This document shows positions 10,836 to 24,440 of a stretch of DNA of 64,000 bases, one piece after another. Below the pieces are notes generated by a model. It had not been told where the DNA came from. It worked only from the letters and a program-made list of their open reading frames with translations, and did no database searches. Location of the stretch: NCBI RefSeq assembly GCF_902459465.1, contig NC_047083.1, forward strand, positions 744,001 to 808,000, in the 5' to 3' direction. This stretch comes from Asterias rubens (taxonomy: Eukaryota). Every line of letters begins with the position of its first letter. The first letter of the stretch is position 1. A program made the translations under genes and the position numbers.

Positions 10836-12105
10836 TTATCATTCGTATCATGGATTTTTCATTTGTTTAATTTCTTTGTTGTGGAAATATACTTTGAGAA
10901 AAAATAAAAACAACCTTGTAAATTTAAAGGAAAATTTGAGTGCAGTTCATTTAATTAATGGTTCGTGGTTTTTGAAAAATCGCAAGAAAAATAAGCTAAT
11001 ATAATTAAGCATTTTTAAATTTTCTTTTCAATTTAAACACAAATCTTGTAAGATAAAAACAGAATTCAAGAGAACAATCTTTTTTAAAGAAATGACAGAA
11101 TAATCTCGTCTCGGCCGTCAAATTTCAAGTCCTAAAAATCATCAGCAGCACAAAATTACAAGACAACATTTTTAATTTCTTCTTTTTTTTTTTCAATTAA
11201 GAATTTACAAAATTCTTTCTGAAAAGACACACTTAACACAAAATGTTTCTTACATCTCTACATAAGAAATATACTTGGTCAGTTTAAAGTTTCTAAAACC
11301 TTAACAAATTTTCGGTCCTGAAACTAAACAAAAACCACCAATTGCTAGGATTTCTTTTTTAAAAAGATTAAGAGAACACAGCCAGCCCATGCTATAAATA
11401 CCACTGTTTGGCCCGGCAAGATGCTTTGTTAAAAGTTTGTTGAAATTACCCTTCATAAATGGTAAATCCAAAAGCTTGTCGGCAGAGGTATGTCCATATA
11501 ATGTAGGAACTTAAAACACTACGTGGACTTACACACGTCCACACAGTGTCTGTTTTTAAGTACTAAAGAATAGGATCTTCATCAAGTGAACAACAAACTT
11601 GAAATAATAGGAAGTATCTAACATCATGGGATTAAACAGTTTTTGGTCCTATCATTAAAAAGAAATATTTGGATAGCTTCAAGGAAGTACATGAAAGTTT
11701 TTTTAGTAATAAAATATTATTTTTCTTGTAAGGAGAATCGTTTGGCGAGAGGGGGGAGTTGGGAGTCTTTGGGGGTGGGGGGGGCTTTGGAAGGGATGAG
11801 GGATATACAATAATTTAATCTTAAGTTTTGGTCATAAAAATTAATAAAAATATGAAATGGCCTACTTTTCAGGCTAAGAGTCTCTGCATAACAAAATATC
11901 AAGATTTTGTTCAATCAAAAACAAAAGGTAGAAATCTTACCAGGCAAGATTATACTTATAAAGAAGAATACTACATACATATTAAAAAGAGAAATGGGCG
12001 ACTCATAATTATGATTATATGGAGGAAAAAAAACCCAATTGACTGTCTTGATTGCATCTCGAACTCAGTTCTTCTAAAACTGACACTTCTGCCCCTTTTC
12101 ACCAG

Positions 12106-12371
12106 GGCCCATTTTCATTGCGCTGCTTAGCGGCCGATTTTGTGCTTACTTTGCAATTTGTATTTCATAAGCACATGAAAAGGCATGCTAACCTTCCGGT
12201 GCTTACCGCACGAAAATAAGTAACGTCACAATGCAAATCCGCGGTAAACACGCAATATGGCCACCCAATTTTTCTGCTAACCTGTGAAATACGCTAAGGC
12301 TTAAGCACATTTTTCTGCTACAGTAAGCACGCAAATTTGCTTACCGTTAAGCAGTGCTATGAAATTGGGCC
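12106..12371. mobile_element. Harbinger-type MITE (266 bp), CAG TSD
   Basis: CAG|GGCCCATTTTCAT...ATGAAATTGGGCC|CAG. Confidence 0.72.
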
Positions 12372-15033
12372 CAGAAGTTTAGGGCATGATATTTGGCCCT
12401 TGGGAAATAAAGTAGGACAATTTTATTATTTGAGTACAAGGGTTGCCTCACTTGAACATATCCTAGACCTAGGAGAGTCTTTCTTGAAAGCTTCAAGAAA
12501 GTCTCTGGGTCAAAGCCTGTAAGCACAAAAATTTGCTTAGCACGAAATTTCTTCCTTGATTAAAAACTGGATTACCAACCAAATTTCCATTTGTTGCATA
12601 TTGCTTGATACTGGTATTCAGCTGTTGTTTGCTTATCTTGCAATCACCTGGCAATTTGGTTGGTAATCCTGTTTTTATCATGCTAAGCAAATTTTAGTCC
12701 TTACAGGCTTTATGAAATTGGGCCCTGCCGTCGATTTCACAAAGAGTTAGGACTCGTCTTATCTCGAGTCTATAGTTCTGTTTGTTTGCTTTTCATTTCA
12801 TTTATCTGAGTTTGATACAAAATAAATAAAAAATGCAGGAAGTAACGCCTTTACATAAATTCCAAGTTGAGCTTGGATATCCGTCTGTGATAAAAAAAAA
12901 AGCATAAAAAGATCGACTCAAAAAAAATTATACAAGTATTTGGATTGACTCAGACTCTTAAAAAAATGGGTGAAAATATTTTGAATGTAAATATTTTCTT
13001 GGCAATGTTTTTGTTTGTTTCATGGCAGCTTAACAAATATTCTCTAGGAAGGGTTAAAAAAAAAAATTTTTAATAAATACTTCATAAAATTGGACATGTT
13101 TTTGTACAAAATATTTGACTATACTTTCCCCATATAAACCTGTACATACTCATTGGCAAGCTACTTCATATATCTGGTGGTTAGTTTATTGTATTGTATT
13201 ATATTATTTTGGTATATATTACAAAACTCGACTCTGCTAAATATTCAGAGGGGAGAGTCATTTCTGACCAAAAGGTCAGAAACAGTGGCATTTCCACTTT
13301 ATGGTGACCCCTGGAGTTACAGATTTAAGGAGCTTTTAGGAGCAAAATCCTCAGCATTAGAGAACAAGATCAAAGAGCAGGATTTCTTTGTATCTGAAGA
13401 AAATGACGGCTATTTTTCCACCAAGCAGACATTAAACAATTCTGATCTCAGATAAAACTCTGTAATTTCCCATCCTTGAATATTTCTCAAAAGTAGGATA
13501 TTTTGAGCTTCTGCTTTCAGTCGGTAGAGAGGGATTTCAAGACAATTTCTAAAACATGAAACCTTTTAACCATCATAATCTACACTTTCTACACTAACAC
13601 AAATACAGAAGTCAAAAATGTGCTTTATACACTGTTTTAAAACAATTAATTTGCCCCAAAACACATATAAGTCTCTTTTTCCCTGTCCATATAAACATTG
13701 GCAATGACAGAGAAACTTTTTAACCTACACATTAAAGTTTTGTACAAATTTGTATTTTTTGTTTAGCTAGTCATAAAAATTTCCGTTACTTACATACAAC
13801 ACAAAAATAGTCACACTGAATATGCTATTGCTATTAAAGAGAACAGTGCCGCAGCTGAAATCATAGCTTGAAAATGCTCACCGTTTCTTTCCCCTGTAAA
13901 TAGCGCCCTCTTTGTCACAATGAATCATCTAAGATGAGAAACAGTCGTAGCATACTGAAGCAAATTACACAAAAAAGCATACGGAAGTAAAATTTCAAGT
14001 GAAATTTCTTTCATCTGTAAATTTGATTTCCATGTGACCACCGATCTGTAAGGGATTTGTGAAGGTTCTGAGATATTTACTCCAAATAAGAAGTCTCGTC
14101 ACCGCAGGAAAAAAAACTGCCTGTTCACTATTTTGTTTAAAAATCTGTATACAACAATCAAGCTGAATACTTAGGGAATGTGCAATTTCAAACTTGTAGT
14201 TTGTGCAGAATTTCATCCAATGAAACCTATCTACTTTGGATGCGTTTTATTTCTGACGCCAACTACTGTATTGGTAGTTTTAAGCATTGGTAGTTTTAAG
14301 CCAAGGGAGAAGGCTTTTGAGCAAAAATGGTACGAATAACTTTCGTTTTCTAGATTTCAAGCTCACTCATACAATATAGAGCCTCAAGTTTGGCACAGTT
14401 TAGTTTTGAGTCATGAATATTAATGACAACTCATTAATATTCATGACTTAGCATTATCATTCGTGACTTCTCATTACTAACAATGAGTCACCCGAACACT
14501 TTTGTTTACCTAATATCAACCCACTGAATGTAACTGCAATGAAGTCAACTGGTTCTACCAAACCACACAACAGCATAATTACAGTCCAAACTAGCCAATG
14601 GGAAACGAGGTGCTAACAAATTCTAAAAAAAAACGTCCAATCGATGATCAGGACTTAAATCTAAAACAAACGTCAACTCCACAAATTGGTCATCTGAATT
14701 GTTGGACGCAACTTTTTTTTCGCACCACCGTTTTTTCTTCTTCTTTGTTGACGATTTGTTTGTACACGCTCACTGATAAACAATATACACATCTCTTTAT
14801 TGCAGCAGGTATTCTTGTTATAATGCACAGTACACAAAGGTACTTTGTCACTCAGTTGTCAAACTTTCTGTTGTTTTAGGTTTTATCTGGAAGAAAAAAA
14901 AATGGGGAAAAAAATTAATACCACTTGTAACACTTTTTTTGGGGGATAAAATTGGCAGAATCTACACAACTACGAATTAAAGTCGTATAACGATAAATGT
15001 TTAAAAAATCAATCTTTATCGATGACAGCAACA

Positions 15034-15125
15034 TGACCTCGCTGAAGGGGTCACCAGAAGAGTGACCTTTTCTACAACTGAGTGATGACCTTGTTGCAAT
15101 GACCTTGTTGGAGATGGAGAGGTCA
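15034..15125. promoter_or_regulatory. Cluster of six RGGTCA half-sites
   Basis: TGACCT at 15034, 15063, 15086 and 15100; GGGTCA at 15048; AGGTCA at 15120. Confidence 0.5.
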
Positions 15126-15700
15126 TTGCAAAGGGTTGGGAAACGACCTTTTCTGCAACCAAGTTATGACATTGTTGCAGAAACCATATCAATTAGGAGT
15201 AATAATTCATATCCACTTCAACAACCTACACTCGGCCACATTTTCCATTGAGTTGACTAACCCTTTGAAACCAGTCAACTTGACAGGTTTTGTAGGGTGG
15301 CATAACTGTTCACACTGTTCACGAAACTAGGTGTGTATGGTGTGGATACTTTTGAGACGCTAGCGTCAGCAAACATAACGATCCTTTTTAGGCTCTGAGC
15401 ATGCGCGCGCATCCTCAGTACTGCTCGCGTAGGTCTGAGCTAGGCAATACTGCTGAGAACTTTGAAAAAAGGGACCCTCCAAGTCTTCCATTATTATTGC
15501 AGAATGGCACAATGCATCCACCCTAGACCATACAACACAAATATTGAATTTATTAAAAGATATATTTATTGTAAGGTAGTCATACAATACTTAACTTTTA
15601 ATCTTTTTTAATCTTTAATTAATTTACCTTTTTATCTTTTTTCTAATCTTACATCAATTTACCTTTTAAATCTTTTTGTAATCTGCGTTCAAATTGTGCA

Positions 15701-18700
15701 TTAGTCATAGTCATCGGTGAGGTTTCTTAACAAGAAAACGGTGACTATCAAAATAAGAACCTGTCAACAGAAAAGAAAAACAGACGTAAATTAAATTATT
15801 GCATTAAAATTGTTAATGGCCTCACGTTTCGACACTATTTTAATACTGTTTTAAGAAAGGGTTACCATAGTTACTGACCTGTAATACTGCAATCCCGATA
15901 CAGATTCCTCCTAATAACCAGATGTACTCAAAAAAAGTCCCATACAGGGCGTCATAGCAACCCTATAAAGAAGAAACAAACAATAGTTTAACAATTGACC
16001 CAATTTAGCTGAACAAAGAGAACGCGTTCTGTTGGTTGAATTGCTCCACGCAGAATACGCACACGCTCATTCAACCAATAGAATGTGTTCTCTTGGCGTC
16101 GTTATCGTTATCGTTATTGCTGCAGTGGGACCGGGCCTTAACACTCATCCCCACTCACTGGAATGAAGATGTATGTAATTTAATTTACCTGAAGAAGTTT
16201 TAGCTTCATTCATCTTTATGTTTTTGAGACAAAAGTGAAAATCATAGAACAATGTTTTCAGAAGAGTCACATTTAAGTCTGTTGTACATGCACAAATATT
16301 ATTTGTTGGGTATTACTTATTTCTCAAAAAGTACAACACCTTAGAAAGAAAATTTCAAGGGTAGCTTTCTGCTATCATTTTCGGTAAACCATATAAGTAA
16401 AATGAAAAACTGTAGATGCTTGTTTTTTGTGTCATACAAAAAGTACCCAAACCCTTTAAAGGAAGCAGTTTCAGAACACTAAGCTCTAGTTTGGTTTCCT
16501 TCTTGTTCTTACCTGTTGGAATCTGAATTCAGATGGTTCAGAACCTTGGCATTTTTGCCGGTCCTTATAAGTGTACTCTCCATCATCTGTGAGGTCTCGT
16601 ACGCAGCAGGAATCTGGGACTGTGGTGTTATAGCCTCGGTTCTCAGCATTTTTCACTTCGTTGTACCATTGACTTTGTTGCCAGTCAAGATGGTTAGAGT
16701 TTCCGCAACACATTAACTACAAGTAGAAAACATAGCATCAACTACAAGTAGAAAGCAAACCGTCAACTACAAGTAGAAAATAAGTTTTAGTTTAGTTTAT
16801 TACAGCAAAAAAAGTTGTCTACAAGTTTCCATTTCTTTGTTTTTATTTCAATTTAGTTTCAATTAAATTTACATCCACAAATAATCATACTTGTATAAAC
16901 AAAAAGCTTAAAGGATGTTGAAATAAGGAAAGCAAGTTTATGGTTTTCATTCCATGGTAGATTTTCATGGACTTCTTGTGATATCAGAGAATAGCGCCCT
17001 CATTGTTCAATATTAACACACACCCCACAACTGACCAATCATAAGCTGTAACTGTCTAACCCAATACCTGAGGAAGATTTAACACCTACTATCAAACCAA
17101 ACCTCTTACCTGAGCTTGCATACCATCCACTGATTTGACAAAACCATTTCGAGTAGTGCTATATTCTTGTATAAGTGAGCTATGCATTTGCCCCTTCACA
17201 AAATCTTTCACCTTAGAAAAGAAAAGAAAAATAATGACAATTTATAGAGCGCCCAATAATGAAACATGCTCCGGGGCGCTTTACAACTGAAAAAAAAAAA
17301 ACCATTAAAATCCTACAGTTATTAATTAAAACCTAAGAGAAAACACAGGTTCAAATTGTTTCTGAATAAAAAAATATTTCTCAATTTTTTAGATTTAAGG
17401 GGGTTATACTTTAAGGTTTTTACGCCTCTGTGCACAGCCACAATCATGGTTATACTTTTTTTTTTTCAAGTCCATTCTGTGTCAATGGGGAATAAAAAGT
17501 TATTGAGTTTGTCGAATTCAAGATCTTCAGAGAGTTACTTAATATTTATCTGTTGTATGTTTGTTGTCTTTGTAACAGAAAATGTATCCATGATTAAAGG
17601 CTGTGCACCTCTTTATTATCCGACACTAGGGGGCAGCAGACAGTCACACCAAGAAAACCACTAAGTTTGCCAATCTTACAGTTGAAAAGTTTTTGTTCTG
17701 AATTCTCTTTGCACAATGTGAATGCAAAGTAAACAAAAGGGTCGCAGCAGGGCCTGGAGTTCCTGCAGGCACAATCTTAACGCACTGCAACGGAAGGAAA
17801 CATTCAATCATACATAGGGGTACACTGTTATCAATTTGGAATGTTCGTGACCCGGTCCCAAAATCATAAAGCATGTATACACACACACAAAATTGCTTAG
17901 CATGAACCAGCTTTTCTCAAGACAACAGAAAAATTACACAGATAATAAATAATGCATATCAATAAAGGTCGCCAGGCAAAGATAGAATTATAGTTCACCA
18001 CATCAAGGCTATGGAACAGAATCAACACCATAATTCAAAAGAATTTCTTTTTCTGCAAGGCTGATAAAAGCTAATTTTAGGCGGGAAAAATATTGGAGAC
18101 AAGAGAGCATGAAAATAGACCGGATACGATAATGACTTAACGACGTTTTTATGGCAGCACATTAAATTCTTTCCCATAAACTCAAGAGCAGGAACATTAA
18201 GTTTCAGTGAATCCTGAGGACTATTATCATAAAATCATTAGAATAATGGAGAGAAAAAAAAACTAAATATAAAGAAGTGTATTGATGGGGAGATTTCGGA
18301 TGCACAGTGCAGTAAAACAATTAGGAATTCTTTTGGATTGAACACTATTGGTAATTGTCAATGACCAGTCTTCTCCCTTGGTGTATCTCAAAATATGCAT
18401 AAAATAACACACCTGTGAAAATTTGAGCTCAATTTGTCGTCAAAGTTGGGAGAGAATAATGAAAGAAAAAACACCCTTTTCACACGAAGTGTGTGCTTTC
18501 AGATGCTTGAATTTGAAACCCCAAAATCTAATTCTGAGGTCTTGAGATCAAATTCGTGGAAAATTACTTCTTTCTGGAAATCTACATTACTTCAGAGGGA
18601 GCCGTTTCTCACAATGTTTTATCAACCTCTCCCCATCACTTGTCACCAAATAAGGTTTTATGCTAATAATTATTTTGAGTAATAACCAACCTGCCTTTAA

Positions 18701-21208
18701 AGTCACCTGGAAGTGGTATTTTGTCAATATAAAGCCTTTGTCACTAAAATATGTGTTTTGATGAGAGGAATATGAATAAACAATTAACTAAAGGTTTTAA
18801 AAAATTAGTTTCCATGGCATTTACAACATCCAGCAGCAATACACCTGGCCGACATTGCCGGAAAAATGCAAGAAAAAAAACTTTTTTTATTTTATTATAA
18901 TTTTTTAATATTTTTTATACATACTTACCTCTTGGGTATAAGAGAAGGTTAAAGCTATGCAGACTATTTCAGCCAGTATCAGGAACAAAACGCAGACAAA
19001 ATACTGTCATAAAGAAAAGGAAGTTATCAGTAATTATCATTTTAATATTTCCCTCCCCACCTCCCTCGGTGTGAAGCCACATCCTACGGAGGTGAGAAGT
19101 TCAAAAAAAACAATGCTTTAAAATGTTTTGAATACTTGAAATACTAGGCCTAAAAATACAGAAAACAGACATGTGTAAAAAACACAAGTGTTTAACACTA
19201 AAGGGTTTTCCCTTCTTGAAATGGAAAGGGTCTTTGATTACAAATAAGAAAATCTATGGGAACATTTCGAAATAGATAAACAGAAAACAGACACATCTAA
19301 TAAAATTTACAAAAAATGTTTTCCCTAACATGTGATATGAAAATAGCATTCTATTAGAAAATAATAAAATCTGTGGGAATATTTACAACAGGCATGATGT
19401 TTGTTCCTTGGAAAGAAAAAAAGTAGTACAAGGGCTGACCTACTTATTCAGGAGATGAAGGCTTTGATAAAAAAAATCTGATTTTTCCCAAAGACAAAAC
19501 AAAAACCCTGACCTGAGCTAACACTGTCAGTTTTTCACATTTTCCTCCGACAGGAATAAACTGTTTGTGATATAATATCCCTTTGTTATTTCAGACTTCC
19601 TTTATTTTGATGCCAAGTAAACAATTTCTGTATTCTGCAAAAACTTTCAAAGCAAACGTTTTCAAAGTAAATTCCTGATTCCAGATCAGTACTTCAAATT
19701 AAATTTCAAATACTTCCCAACTGGAAGTTAAATTCTGGAATACGCAGCAAAACCATCACGATATTGCGCTGGTTTTTGTTTTTCTAAGCCCACCAAAAAA
19801 AGGAAGTATTATTGAGTAATTTGGTTCATGAAGAAAAGGTCTTGGTTTTTCTAAATATAGAGTAGGCCTACAAACAATGGGTTAAATTTACTTATAAACA
19901 AGGAAATACAAGTGAAACAAGTCATAGAATAGCAACAAACTAGTTTCAACATTACAAAATCACAAAAATGTACAAAATAATATAAACGAAATCATGCTGA
20001 TAAAAAATTCAGCATTATAAATGTTTTTCAATTCTAAGACTGTGATGACAAATGGAAGAAATGTTATGCAGACAAGATTGATAAAATAAAATGATGCAAA
20101 CACAAAGGATCAAGACAATCTTAGCATATACATAGTATATCAAATCAAGATACTGTAAATTATGCAAAATACATGTAAATATATGCAAAATCATCATAAA
20201 TATGCAGTACAAAAATGGAAATATTGAGGTATGCAAAACAATGTAAATTTATGCAAAGTTAACACACACATATGCAATGATATGAAAATTTGAATTTATA
20301 AGTTATGAAAAATACATGTAAATAATTATAAGCAAAATCAACATAAATATGCACAATAATGTAAAACAAAGTTATTGAGTTACATAAAATCAGGACAAGT
20401 TATACAAGACAGATATATGCAAGTTTGAGAAAATCATTAAAAAATACATTTCTGAAGAGAAGGGAGAGGTTTGAGGGAGGGGCTTGAGGGTGAGGTTTGA
20501 GGGATAAGGGGGGGGGGGGTCGTAAAGGGTAGCGGGTTACAAACGTCATACTTACAGTCCACAGCATACATTTTGACTCATGACAAGCCCCGAAGCATCC
20601 TATAAACCCAAGTATCGTGACGAAGAATCCGATACCAATCATAGCGAAGCCCAAGTTGCGTAAGATGGGAAAGTCAAACAATCTAAGAAAGTCCAATGTG
20701 TTCCGGTCGATGCTGACCCAAATTCCAAGCCCTAGTACTGCGATGCCGCTCAGCTGCGTGGAAAAACAACAAGAATAATCAAAAAAACGGGAACATAAAA
20801 GTACAACAGATGTTAACTTGGATCAATACTAGCTCTCCCATCAGCGAAAATGGGTTACGGAGAAATGTAGCGCTTTTGCGTCCCCTACCCAACAAGATAG
20901 CGAAAGGAATACAGAACAAAATCCTTCTGCGTCCTCTCCATTAAGAGCATGTGTGAAAACAGATTTATATTCAAGCAAACTTGACGCACAGATTTACGCA
21001 AAACGCGGTGTAAGAACAGCTTTACTTTTTGCGCATACTTAGCTTAAAACAGCGCAATTCCTTTTTTAATCAAAAAAATATTACACACAAAATTATCAAA
21101 CATTCAACATCAGCAAATTATAATTTTTAATAATATACTCACCCAAAAAACAAAGTTGACTATGAAAAGTACTATCTTTGAGCATGTACCACATGTTGTA
21201 GTTGCCAT
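15701..21208 (-). CDS. Tetraspanin B (CD151/TSPAN11-like), complete, 262 aa; complement(join(15701..15760,15879..15962,16513..16716,17110..17211,18929..19003,20556..20753,21143..21208))
   Basis: ATG lies in a CACCATGG context with an upstream in-frame TAA. Seven exons, all phase 0, with GT-AG ends: MATTTCGTCSKIVLFIVNFVFW|LSGIAVLGLGIW...GFIGCFGACHESKCMLWT|YFVCVLFLILAE...|VKDF...DGMQAQ|LMCCGNSNHLDWQQSQWY...VPDSCC...KCQ...|GCYDAL...AVLQ|VLILIVTVFLLRNLTDDYD*. The CCG..DW..S.W motif resembles CD151/TSPAN11; that subfamily call is from motif recall. Confidence 0.96.
18336..18696 (-). mobile_element. Kolobok-type MITE (ends degenerate) in a Tspan-B intron
   Basis: Internal sequence matches 23608-23985 and ends CTGCCT|TTAA. 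Further partial copies lie at about 1495-1805 and 27517-27687. Confidence 0.7.
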
Positions 21209-21309
21209 GGTGAAGTTGTGACCCTGTTACTGTTGCTATGGAAATAGTTACTAAGGGAGGAACGAGTCTTCCCCAAGGTGTGATATTGCACTCTTGTCGC
21301 TTCAAGTCT
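21209..21309 (-). other. 5' UTR part of the Tspan-B start-codon exon
   Basis: A strong acceptor TTTCTGTTCTTTTTTCTACAG ends at 21310 (minus strand), implying further upstream non-coding exon(s). Confidence 0.7.
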
Positions 21310-22326
21310 CTGTAGAAAAAAGAACAGAAAGAAACAAACATTATGGTTAAACCTTGCTTGTAAGATGGAAGAACTTCAAAAACATAAACCTGCTAGATAG
21401 AAAATAAAGTTTTCTTTGGAGCAAAGAGACCAGTGGAGAGCCGTTGTCAGAAATGTCCGCATTTGCTTGATTTAATGATGATGATTATAACAGTTATTTC
21501 TTCAACATTTGACATGCTATATGTTCCCAGGCCTCGATAACTCACGTCACCTACGGCAACATGGTGCCCTGTGCTTTTGCTGGGGTGCCCTTTGCAAAGT
21601 TCCAATAGAAATTTAATTTGTGCTCACTTAAGAGCCCTTTACCAGAGATAAAGAGCTGTATCTCTTCAAGAACAAACTTCAAGTCCTAGGTCTGACCTCA
21701 TCTTCTTGGAACAAGATGCCTTTGGCAAAATTTCATAGACCTGCTTAAAGCGAAACATATTGCTTGACAAGTTTCTGCTAAGCAGAAATGAATGGGTGAC
21801 CAGTCACAAATTGTACATGTGAGATGGTAGTTTGGCTGGTAACCACAATTTTGTTGCGCTTAGCTATACTTCCTCTGCTTTAGCAGCTCTATGAACCTGG
21901 GTCTGAGCGTTTACCATCCATAAAAAGAGACATGTGTTACATAGTGACTGGTGATAACCGGTGTACAATACAGGACAGGTGCGCCCAGTGATAGAGGAAC
22001 ACAGCCTAAGTGTTTCAATTTGTCAGACCCTCACACCTCGACAACAACTAGCCCCCGGAAATTTCTCATTTCGACTAAATCGCATCACTCTTGAGACAAA
22101 CAAGGCTCTGCGAGAGAGTTCACAAGAACTTTGAACTTTTTTTTTTAATTGCAGCAGAGTTTAGAAGCCCGCTAGAGGGAAAGGTTTCTCAAGTTCAAAT
22201 ACAGACTGAATGTACAAGCAACAAACAACACAGGAAATGTTTATTGTTCTTGTAAATTGAAAGAATCAAATATTTGTCAGAAGAGAGTCAATAGTGCAAA
22301 AATAGAGCTGTAATACCTCGGCTTAA

Positions 22327-22661
22327 AGGGAAGGTACACATTTGGTAATTACTCAAAACAAATATTAACTTAAAAACTGACTTGGTAACGAGCATTTGAG
22401 AGCTGTTGATGGTATAACACATTGTGAGAAACGGCTCCCTCTGAAGTAGCAAAGGTTTTGAAATAGAGGTAATTTCTCAGTAGTCTTTTATCTGAAAGCA
22501 CACAAAATGGCCAACAAGGGTGTTTTTTCTTTCATCATTTTCTCCCAACTCCGATGACCAATTGAGCTCAAACTTACACAGGTTTGTTATTTTATGCATA
22601 TGTTGAGATACACCAAGTGAGAGGGCTGGTCTTAGACAATTACCAAAAGTGTACCTTCCCT
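22327..22661 (+). mobile_element. Kolobok-type MITE, AGGGAAGGTACAC-TIR subfamily
   Basis: TTAA|AGGGAAGGTACAC...GTGTACCTTCCCT. Confidence 0.72.
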
Positions 22662-23607
22662 ATAATCTCACAAAACACTAAGATTCATCTTAAGATGAGT
22701 TTGTCAGTATCGCCATAGTGATTTGTATTGTGACATCACACTTTCCTTAGGGATGAGGATTGATACACAATTAAGATCAATCTCAGCTCTTTAACAAATC
22801 CAACCCAGCTGTGTGATCCCAACAACACATTTAGGGATGTTCTCCGTTAGGGTACCATAAACATTTGGGAATTACTCCAAAAATTAGTGCGCTTGTTAGA
22901 AGCACTGAAGCTTTAAAAACATTTTCAGAAACAATTGCCTTGAAAGGAATGTGATTTTAGAGAGAGGGATTCAAAAACATTTCAATCTGAGAAATATTTC
23001 CTGTTTCTCAGATTGTGTATCGCAATTATGGATTTTTCTTCCTGCATGGACAAAACCGCTCCAGATTTTCAGCAATATCTCAAAAACGCTACCACATTTT
23101 GAAAAGAGATTTTCATATAAATCTTAAGTCTTATTGAAACAATCAAAAGATTCCAAAAACCAAAGGTATACTTTGCCTTTTAGCCATGTCAATGTTAATG
23201 GCTGTGGCTGATATTGGTATAGCCAGCCTATGCTTCAACAAATGTAACCATGGTGATCAAGCCACAGCCGCAGTCACATCCACTAATTTGAAAACAACCT
23301 CAGTCTGCTGCCCCTTTAAAGTATTGCAGACTTGTTCTCAGACAGTCCTGCCAGGGACCCCATGCAGTGTTAAGTACCCTTGAGAATGCATTTTCAAGAG
23401 TCATCGAGAACAAGGTTGACGGTAATGGCTGGTTCCCTACACAGCTGGAACTCATATGGAGTGTTATATTGCATATTGAAATTGGAGTCCATTTGTATCA
23501 TTTCAGTTTCGAGAAAAAAAAGAAAAAAAATTGATTTCACAGCCGTAGGGGAAGGTTAAATTGTTATATTGGGCGAGGAAGGTTACTGTACAGCAAGATG
23601 GTTTTAA

Positions 23608-23985
23608 AGGCATTGGACACTATTGGTAATTGTCAAAGACTAGCCTTCACAGTTGGTGTATCTCAACATATGCATAAAATAACTAACCTGTGAAAATTTG
23701 AGCTCAATCGGTTATCGAACTTGCGAGATAATAATGAAAGAAAAAACGCCCTTGTCACACGAAGTTGTGTGCGTTTAGATGGTTGATTTCGAGGCCTCAA
23801 GTTCTAAATCTGATGTCTCGAAATCAAATTCGTGGAAAATAACTTCTTTCTCGAAAACTATGGCACTTCAGAGGGAGCTGTTTCTCACAATGTTTTATAC
23901 CATCAACCTCTCCCCATTACTCGTCACCAAGTAAGGTTTTATGCTAATAATTATTTTGAGTAATTACCAATAGTGTCCACTGCCT
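23608..23985 (-). mobile_element. Kolobok-type MITE (378 bp)
   Basis: TTAA|AGGCATTGGACACTATTGGTAATT...AATTACCAATAGTGTCCACTGCCT|TTAA. The TTAA TSD with AG...CT termini fits Kolobok. Confidence 0.8.
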
Positions 23986-24064
23986 TTAAACCAATCCAAC
24001 CACAAATGCACAAGGGATAGTTTGATAACAGATGTGGATCTAAGATCTGTGGTCAAATCCTTGA

Positions 24065-24440
24065 CGGCAGTGGACACTATTGGTAATTACTCAAAATAAA
24101 TGTTAGCATAAAAACTTACTTGGTAACAAGTAATGGGGAGCTGCTGATAGTATAAATATTGTGAGAAATAGCTGACTCTGAAGTAACATAGTTTTTGAGA
24201 CAGAGGTAATTTCTCACTCAAATAATAAATGGCTTCAAATTTCAGGCCTGAAGCCTATTGTTAGGCATTTGAAAGCACACAAAGTTGTGTAACAACGGTG
24301 TTTTTTCTTTCACTATTTTCTTTCAACTTCGATGACCAATTGAGTCAAAAATTTTTACAGATTTGTTATTTTATGCATATGTTGAGACACACCAAGTGAG
24401 AAGTCGGTCTTTGACAATAAACCAATAGTGTTCAGTGTCT
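24065..24440 (+). mobile_element. Kolobok-type MITE, inverted relative to 23608-23985
   Basis: Same TIR and internal sequence in the opposite orientation. Confidence 0.75.
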
